DNA of 64,000 nt, taken from positions 744,001 through 808,000 of the forward strand of contig CM035355.1 of NCBI GenBank assembly GCA_020137815.1, read 5' to 3'. Under the pieces are notes generated by a model. The model ran no database searches. It was not told the DNA's origin and saw nothing but the letters and a program-made list of their open reading frames with translations. The position numbers were made by a program, and so were the translations under genes. This document shows, piece by piece, positions 49,432-64,000 of this stretch. This DNA is from Hormiphora californensis (Eukaryota > Animalia > Ctenophora). Positions within the stretch are counted from its first letter, which is position 1; the number at the start of each line of letters is the position of its first letter.

Positions 49432-51409
49432 CGAGAGGGAGAAGTTTCATAGCAGAACTGACTTGGAAGTATTGAAGTATTGGATTATTCTGTGTGAAGT
49501 GAAGTGAAGTGAAGTGGGCCACATTACCGGACAAGAGAAGGAGAGAACTGAGAACTTGACAGAGTGATTAGTTCCATTTTAATACAAATTATATATGTAT
49601 CACAAACAGGAATAACTTGCACAAAAATAGTTATCAGAAAGATTTATTAACATTCATTTATATGTGTTTTATTATCTTTTCCAAAACTTTAACATTTCAG
49701 TTTTCTGCAGTGTTCCACTAATTAAAACAAACCACCTCTTTCCCACCAACTTACTATTCCCACGCTCCCTGTGAGTACTGTGTGGTAAGTGGTTGGGAAA
49801 TACGGTACAACTGTATTTCCCGCTTTTCCACTGTTAAGTTGTGGCACACGCATGGTCTCACTCTATACAACTGCCATTCGTGGAGGGCGCGGTGACAGGA
49901 GAATCAACCCTTCGCGCGGAACCTCTCTCGCGCGCGCAGGATTCAAAGCACGCGGCGCGTCACCCAATTTAACAGCGCCGCGCATTTTAGATCGAAAATG
50001 CAAATATTTTATCAAGCTCAGATTTTTTTCTCCCTCACTTTTCTGTTTTTCTCTGATGATGGCTCCCTCTTCCGACCTTTCACCGTTAAAGCAGCTTATG
50101 TTAACTGCTCTTATCGCCCTTCTTCACTGAAATCAGTTAATTCAGAATTATGATTTTAGATGCTCCAGTTACAAATTAGAAACTGACGCCAGGTTCCAGC
50201 TAGGAGGTTCCAGAAGAACCACCCTGTGCATCATCTGCTAATACACAACACAAATTTCCATGTAAAATGCATTGAGAGTAGCGCTGTGCGTAATTGTCAT
50301 CATTCTGCATATAAACTGGGAGCTGGAAACTTTGCCAGGTTCTGATCTGTAATTGGAGCCCCGAGCCTTTACCTTAGGTAGTGGTGCCAGCCACCTGGTC
50401 TAGGGAGTGGGGTCAGACGGTGTAAAGGGCATAATTGACAGCAGACATTATGCATTCAAGTTACGACGCGGTTTAAGACGCAGTCTACAAACATTGATTT
50501 TTTATGTTGTGTGTCGTGGACCGCGTCGTGGGCGTTGCTGTGCGGGCGGCCAATATGACAGAGCACCACTGTGACAGTTCAGGAATGCTTTAAAAAACTT
50601 CTGCTCATTGCTACAATGAAAATATTTCAGTAGCCCTATCATTATCGATCAGGGGTTAAAATGAAGGGAGGACAACTTGCTAATTACTTCGTGACCCAGA
50701 CTTTGTGGGAGGGCTGGTATGACCCACCTTGATTATTTCCTGCAATTGCTTTTGTACAACGTGATGGTGTACTGTTTGTAATTTCTTGGAAGTACTCGCT
50801 ACTACAGCGCTGAAACCCCTCAGGGCTTTATATCTAAGCTGCACCCTTCTGGACTCTCCTTTTTATTAAATCCCAAGCCCTGAGGGCTTCCTACAAACGC
50901 CCACTGAAATTTGCTATTTATTTGCTATTTTCTCCCAGTATATTATAGAATCATAATACTATAGCATCATGTAATCAGTATTTGATTTGCTATTATATAA
51001 TTCCGTGTGCAGTAACACACACTGCGATTGTTTATTAAATGTTGAGACACTTTGTTGTTTTGGCCTTCGTGTTGTCGGTTATTAATTAACATATTATAAT
51101 GTATTGTATTTAATGAATTGCTGTGAGCTGAAAACAGACAACGAAATAGTAAACATGATTTATTCCAAGAAATATTAAACATAACTTATTCCAAGAAATA
51201 TTGAAATTACCCCTATAGAAATGTCTCGCCAAACGTAAGGGCAGGAAACCCTTTCTTCATTTGGAAGTAAGTAATTGAGAACATGTCTCGATTGTTACAG
51301 AGAATTATTGAAGAGAAGGAGAAGACAGAGAGAGAACAAAGAAGTGGGGAGTGATGTTGCATATTTTTATGAATTTGTGAAATATATTCCAACTCTAATC
51401 CCCTCCCAG

Positions 51410-56984
<5,575 letters not shown>

Positions 56985-57380
56985 TGACACTTGTTGGGAC
57001 ACAGCTCAGGGTTTACAAGTGTGGGACTCTAATGAGAGAGAGAAAGAGACTCAAAACAATCTTTTTTTAAAGCTGGTCTTGTGCTAAATGTTATCATGAG
57101 AGATAGTGTGTGTGTGATAACGTGTGTGTGAATATATGTGAGAATGCTAATTGAATATCGCGTTTTTGTTGGTAAAATATGTGCATCATATCAAAACCAT
57201 GAGAGATGGAATTGGACTTTTTAATCCAAAAAGATTTCCGTGACCGTAATTCGTGAAGAAATGTGAGTGTGAGAGTCAGAGAGCTTCTATTTTTTATTGA
57301 ATGAATTCACCATGAAAATAACCGTTGTCGGGCTTCAGCGACCATATGTGCTTGTTAGAGAGAGAGTGAGGTAGACAAAG

Positions 57381-57445
<65 letters not shown>

Positions 57446-58973
57446 ATGTCTATGATTTGTGCAACGTATAATAAAATGTTCGTGAACGTCTTTGATTTTT
57501 ATCGAAACGTATAATATGACTTGTTTCCTTTTGTAACTCTTTTGAAATTGGTCGACAAAGCTGCGGGCCAAACCGTGGCCGTACTAAAAATATTGAAACT
57601 GCTAACGGGATCATCACGTGCAGTTGTGTGATGCTCATGTACAGGCTGTCTGAGCGCCGCTCAATTTGAGAATCAAATGGGGTATGGCGCCGCCATGCAG
57701 TGTACACTGTACACTGTACAGCCGTGCCCTCCTGTGTGTGATGCGCAGTGCTCTGGCTCCCCCTGCTATCTTGTCGAGTATAACTGTATAAATATTTCCC
57801 CCAGATATTTCCCAGTGTCTACTATGTCATATCGTGTGTACCATGTGGCCAATGGAGAGGACCACCACCATGACTCAAGTGGGACTAACCAAAGGCAACC
57901 ACACGTTATCATAGACAGCAGTAGAAACCCAAACAGCCGTGAGTGTGATTGGGTGTGATACTGTGAGTGTGTTGGTGACTATATGTGATACTGTGATCGT
58001 GTTGGTGTGACTTTGAATGGTGTGCGTGTGATTGGGTATCGGTGGAACAGGAAATGGGAATCAAATCAATGAATATATCATGTATTACTATCTAACAAAC
58101 CCTTACTAGATGATTGATCTCATGGGGTGGTGTATTCGGTACATCTCATTCTAGTTCTCAGGTTCTCATCGTCATCATCACAACTTCATTAATTGTTTTC
58201 TAGTTCAACAATGTAGTTCACAATGGCAACCCTTCCTAGTATAATCTCATGGTTTGTAAGGGGTGTAGTATCATGTAGTATCATGCATGTATGATTCGTT
58301 TTCTACACGATATATATCAATGCCTCTCTATAGTAACCTTGTCAATGATCGTATACATACATCGGTACATGATACATGAATGGTATATGAATATGATGAA
58401 TTTACTTCTTAGTTCTCGCTTGTATCTTGGTATAGGTCGAGAATCGAGGGGTCACCTATATAATACAGGCTAGCCTATTGGAAGTATTCACAGGAACCTA
58501 GAAACAGAGAAATTGAAAAACAGGTAGGTAGTGCAGTAGTGGTACTTGAAACTTGATAATATCGTACTGCAGTATTTAGCGATGTGATATTACACTCGAA
58601 TGATGTCAGATCTAATGCTGTAATCTTTTAATTTCATACCGATAAGTGATAAACATATGAAACGATTATCTAATTATTAGTGAACTAACGGGTTTCAACT
58701 AGGCGGCCGGCCTAGGGATGTCTTTAGCTTTCCAAGTATTGAATGATCTGGGGTGACTCCATATTTCCTTCTCTCTACCCTCTCTGCACTGTGTGTCGTG
58801 ATATATATATTATATGATCTTCCTCCTTAGTTAAAGTAACAATCTCTCCTACCCTCTCCTAGCTAAAGTAACAATCTCTCTCTGTGTCCTAATATGATCT
58901 TCATAGACTGTTAAGTGAGAGATGACTGAACTACATGCCGTCGTTTAAACACTTTACAGCACAGTAGTTGTTG

Positions 58974-59022
<49 letters not shown>

Positions 59023-59378
59023 GAAGGAGAAGAGAGAGAAGAGAGAGAGAGACGAGAGAGAGAGAGAGAGACGAGAGTATGAGGCAGGGACATATAACGA
59101 TAGATGCGAAGAAAAGATAGATGGTATCTTGGAGGAGACCAAGTACTTCCTTCTTAGCTGTTTATGATGCCCTGATCCACGTGCTGTTAAAGACCTCTTC
59201 GGACCCTTTTCACTGGGGCTTCACTTTACAATTCTAGTTCTAGTAACACGAATATTAGTTCTAGTTTTACACTTTTTATGTGACAATTTTTACAGTAAAC
59301 AGTAAAATTTACTAAAATTCTCTGACAACTAGAGGGGGACTGAGATAGAGCGATAGAGAGATAGAGAGATAGAAAGAG

Positions 59379-59468
<90 letters not shown>

Positions 59469-59905
59469 GAGAGAGAAGAGAGAGAGAGAGAGAGAGAAAG
59501 AGAAAACTGCAGCAATGTTCGCAATTCACATGACAAAGCCATTATGTGAGTCACTAGGATTTCTGTCAAAAGATGTGACGCAAGCTGATCACAGAGAGAG
59601 TCTGACAAAAAGAGAGGGAGAAAGAGAGAGAGTCTGACAGAGAGGGAGAAAGAGAGAGAGTCTGATAAAGAATGAGAGAGTTGGACATAGAAAGGGAGAG
59701 TTATGATACATTATGCTGATAGCTGATCTGAGCCTCAGATTCTGAGGCTAAACACAGTTTTGCTTTGTGTACCGAGTAATCATATTCCTTGGTTATAATT
59801 TAGGTGGGAGACGTTATTTGCCGACCATCTGTTTTGTCCTAGAGAGATAAAAACTGTTCTAATTTTTAGAAAGGAAGGAAAGCTGAGAGCTTGGTTGAGT
59901 AATAA

Positions 59906-61287
59906 TTCTTAGAGATAAGGAAGGTCAAAGTGGGATAGTTTCTTAGAGATAAGGAAGGTCAAAGTGGGATAGTTTCTTAGAGATAAGGAAGGTCTTTGAA
60001 ATTTTCCCACTTTGACCCTCCTTATCTCTAAGAAACTTTCCCACTTTGACCCTCCTCATCTCTAGAAACTTTCCCACTCTTGACCCTCCTTATCTCTAAG
60101 AAACTTTCCACTTTGACCCTCCTTATCCTAAGAAACTTCCCACTTGACCTCCTTATCTCTAAGAAACTTCCCCACTTTGACCCTCCTTATCTCTAAGAAC
60201 TTTCCACTTTGACCCTCCTTATCTTAAGAAACTTTCCACTTTGACCCTCCTTATCCTAAGAAACTTTCGCACATTGACCCTCCTTTCTCTAAGAAACTTT
60301 CCCATTTGACCCTCCTTATCTCTAAAGAAACTTTCCCACTTTTGACCCTCCTTATCTCTAAGAAACTTTCCCACTTTGACCCTCCTTATCTCTAAGAAAC
60401 TTTCCCACTTTGACCCTCCTTATCTCAAAGAAACTTTCGCACATTGACCCTCCTTATCTCTAAGAAGTTTTCCCACTTTGACCCTCCCTTTTTCTTAGAA
60501 ACTTTCCCACTTTGACCCTCCTTATCTCTAAGAAACTTTCCCACTTTGACCCTCCCTTTTTCTTAGAAACTATCCCACTTTGACCCTCCTTATCTCTAAG
60601 AAACTTTCCCACTTTGACACTCCTTATCTCTTAGAAACTATCCCACTTTGACCCTCCTTATCTCTAAGAAACTTTCGCACATTGACCCTCCTTATCTCTA
60701 AGAAACTTTCCCACTTTCAACCTCCTTATCTCTAAGAAACTTTCCCACTTTGACCCTTCTTATCTCTAAGAAAGTTTCCCACTTTAACCCTCCTTATCTC
60801 TAAGAAATTTTCCCACTTTGACCCTCCTTATCTCTAAGAAACTTTCCCACTTTGACCTTCCTTATCTCTAAGAAACTTTCCCACTTTGACCCTCCCTTTT
60901 TCTAGAAACTTCCCACTTTGACCCTCCTTATCTAAGAAACTTTCCCACTTTGACACTCCTTATCTCTAGAAACTATCCCACTTGACCTCTTATCTCTAGA
61001 AACTTTCCCACTTTGACCCTCCTTATCTCTAAGAAACTTTCCCACTTTGACCCTTCTTATATCTAGAAAGTTTCCCACTTTAACCTCCTTATCTCTAAAG
61101 AACTTTCCCACTTTGACCCTCCTTATCTCTAAGAAACTTTCCCACTTTGACCCTCCTTATCTCTAAGAAACTTTCCCACTTTGACCTTCCTTATCTCTAA
61201 AAAACATTCCCACTTTGACCCTACTTTTTTCTTAGAAACGTCAAAGTGGGAAAGATTCTTTGAGATAAGGAAGGTCAAAGTGGGATA
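59906..61287. repeat. 34-bp satellite array (~36 units) with inverted units at both ends
   Basis: Unit CTTTCCCACTTTGACCCTCCTTATCTCTAAGAAA at ~60003-61237; reverse-complement units at 59906-59994 and 61240-61287. Confidence 0.9.
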
Positions 61288-61315
61288 CTAATACTAGGGG
61301 TTTACCATATACATA

Positions 61316-62196
61316 TAACGTGTTGGGCAAAAAAAATGTCCCCCCTAGACTAGCATAGTTCCAGATATCGTAGAGCTCTAAAATTTTACACAGTTACTCT
61401 ATGGGACAAATAAATAAGTTCCACAAAATTTCAGACTTTTAGCTCAAAGTTCATTTTTTTGATCGGAATGAACATTGTTATTCATTCCAAAAAAACATGA
61501 TTTTTCGGTCCAGAAGCCAGCAATTGTCTTGGCTCTCGATTTTTCTTCAATGCGATCAAGAAAAGCGACAAGAAAGGCAACACATGCACACAGTGGTCAT
61601 GTTTCTGACAGTTATCCAGGTCATGTGATCCCCACCGAATCGTTCGAGTTGCTAATCAGGCTTAGTGGGGAAGAATCACGTATCACAGTCGCTAATGAGG
61701 GATGTGTATCGAAAAAACGACATGTGATTCGGCATCACTTGGGTAAAGAGGCCACTTGTTAATGAGCTTCGGATCTCATGACCAATAGTCATCGTCATCC
61801 CTCATTAGCAGCTGTGATACGTGATTCTCCACCACTAAGCATGATTAGCAATTCTGAATAAATTACACGATTCGGTGGGGATCACATGACCTGACTAACT
61901 GTCAGAAACATGACCACTGTGTGCCTTGTGGTTATCCGTTTTGGCTTTTCTTGGTCGCATTTGAAAAAAAATCGAGAGCCAAAGACAATTGCTTGGCTTC
62001 TGGACCGAAAAATCATGTTTTTTGGATTGAATAACAATGTTCATTCCGATCAAAAAAATGAACTTTGAGCTAAAAGTCTGAAATTTTGTGGAACTTATTT
62101 ATTTGTCCCATAGAGTAACTGTGCAAAATTTTAGAGCTCTACGATATCTGGAACTATGCTAGTCTAGGGGGGACATTTTTTTTGCCCAACACGTTA
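61316..62196. mobile_element. 881-bp foldback non-autonomous DNA transposon, TA TSD (Tc1/mariner-like)
   Basis: TA|TAACGTGTTGGGCAAAA ... TTTTGCCCAACACGTTA|TA; arms near-perfect at the ends and more diverged toward the centre. Confidence 0.85.
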
Positions 62197-62453
62197 TAAT
62201 CTGTAATATTATATACTCAACAAGCTCCCAGCTTTCCTTCCTTTCTAATTAGGGGCTAACAACTGAGAGCTGTAGTAGTAGCTGGGAGGTGAGCAACATG
62301 ATTCATAATTCAGTATGATGTTGAATTGCATGAATTGTGATGAACAAAATACACTTTGTTTCCCTTTTCAACTTATTTTTGGGAGCGAAAGGAGTACTAA
62401 ACCTAATACATTAGTTAATTTTGGTATTTATTTCGCCAAATCCCCCTTTCAAG

Positions 62454-63783
62454 CAGGAAGCGACCGAATATTCGGTTCGGTTCGGTTCGGAAATTCGGTG
62501 TTTTTTGGGCGGTGCGGTTCGGTTCGGTTCGGTTCGGTAGGAAATTTTGGCCGAACCACCGAATTTTTTGGTCAAAAAATGCCCAGAAATCGGGCTTTTT
62601 CATGCAAAATTTTTCAATTATTTCACGAAAATTGTATGGATTTCAATGTCAATTTCGAATCGGTGGTGCTATGTGGAAATGATTTCGCTAGTTAGCGGGT
62701 TCGATATGGATTGATTTGATACCTGACTTCCCGTCGAATCGTGTCCTCATGAGAGGGTCAACAAATTCAGAAACTTTTTTTTTCAAAAAATTCATGGAGA
62801 GCACCGATCAAGGTGTTAAGAATCATTCTCTGAAATTTTGTAAAAAAGTTTGGAAAATATTTCAAAGTCAATTTTATGGAAAATTTTCTATGTCAATTTT
62901 TGCGTACGAATCGTGTTTCGAATCGGTATTGCTAAGCGGGAGTGATGTTGCTAATTAGTGGGTCCGAGATGGATTATGCTGATACGTGATCCCCCATCAA
63001 ATCTAATTAGGAAGTTTAGGGGAAACGATTCATGTTTCAATAAATCCTGCTAATTAGCGAGAGCACTGCCGCATAGCATCACCGATTCGCAACACGATTC
63101 GGACGGCAAAATTGACATATAATTTTTTACCGAAATTGACTTTGAAATATTTTACAAAGTTTTTTCACAAAATTAAATGTTTCTCTAAAAATTCATGGAG
63201 AGCATCGATCAAGGTATTGAGAATCATTACCTGAAATTTTGTGAAATTTTTTTTGTGAAAATATTTTAAGTAAATTATGGTATACGAATCGTGTTTCTAA
63301 TCGACAATGCTAAACGGGAGTGATGTTGGTAATTAGTGGGTCCGAGATGGATTGTGCTGATACGTGATCCCCCATCATGTCAAATCTAATTAGGAAATTT
63401 AGAGAGACACGATTCATGGTTCGTTTAATCCTGCTAATTAGCAATACCATTCCCGTATAGCATTCCCGATTCGAAACACGATTCGTACGCAAAAATTGAC
63501 ATAGAAAATTTACGATAAAATTGACTTTGAAAATTTTTTCACAAAATTGACTTTGAAATTTTTTCAAACATTTTTTAACAAAATTTCAGAGAATGATTCT
63601 CAATACCTTGATCGGTGCTCTCCATGACTTTTTAGAGAAACATTTATACAGAAAAAGTTTTGTATGGTTCGGTTCGGTTCGGTTACCGAAATTCGGTTCG
63701 GTTCGGTTCGGTTCGGTAAAAAAGTTTTTCAAATTCGGTTCGGTTCGGTTCGATGGAAAAAACCCCGGTTCGGTCGTTTCCTG
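62454..63783. mobile_element. 1330-bp non-autonomous hAT element
   Basis: 15-bp TIR CAGGAA(G/A)CGACCGAA, 8-bp TSD CTTTCAAG (62446-62453 / 63784-63791), subterminal (TTCGG)n repeats. Confidence 0.88.
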
Positions 63784-64000
63784 CTTTCAAGCTAAGTCTA
63801 CCTTTGTTAGATACCTTAGCAACCGATACAAATTATCTGTCTGGCGGTGCCAACCCAATGTGAGCGGGATCTGAGCACACTGATTGAATTGAGAACGGGC
63901 TGGCCAGACAGCAGTTTATATGTCTACCAGGTTCTCGTCTACAAACTGTCCAGGTTCCTTATTGTAGCAGCCAGTTGTTATGTAGCAGGTTATTTTACAG

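Noticed and set aside
60003-61237. CRISPR array (34-bp repeats)
   Set aside because: Repeats are head-to-tail with no unique spacers, there are no cas genes, and the context is eukaryotic.

Overview
Repeat-rich eukaryotic (animal) DNA with spliceosomal genes. The style suggests a non-bilaterian marine invertebrate, plausibly a ctenophore (inference only). Genes rebuilt by hand from splice sites and reading phase: a 5-exon class A-like orphan GPCR (minus strand, 1106-3654); Wntless/WLS (plus strand, 23460-49431), whose ~17 kb intron spans a 100-N gap and holds an antisense paralogous 3-exon GPCR (37420-39381); an RNF13/RNF167 (Godzilla-like) PA-TM-RING E3 ligase (51410-56984); and, less certainly, an NDUFC2/B14.5b-like gene with an in-frame TGA, head-to-head with WLS. 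Mobile DNA dominates. There are two 1341-bp almost perfectly palindromic Chapaev-type elements whose arms carry mirrored substitutions. A near full-length CR1-group LINE has a PHD+3xCCCH ORF1, split by a young non-autonomous LTR element, and an apparent HIV-type -1 frameshift signal into ORF2. Also present are L2, I-group and CRE retrotransposon fragments, two Helentron-type (HINE) elements, hAT and Tc1/mariner-type non-autonomous elements, and several minisatellites, one an RFX X-box + CRE array filling a WLS intron. About 12.4-16.8 kb, 24.0-27.5 kb and 28.5-29.0 kb look like low-quality, homopolymer-inflated consensus.
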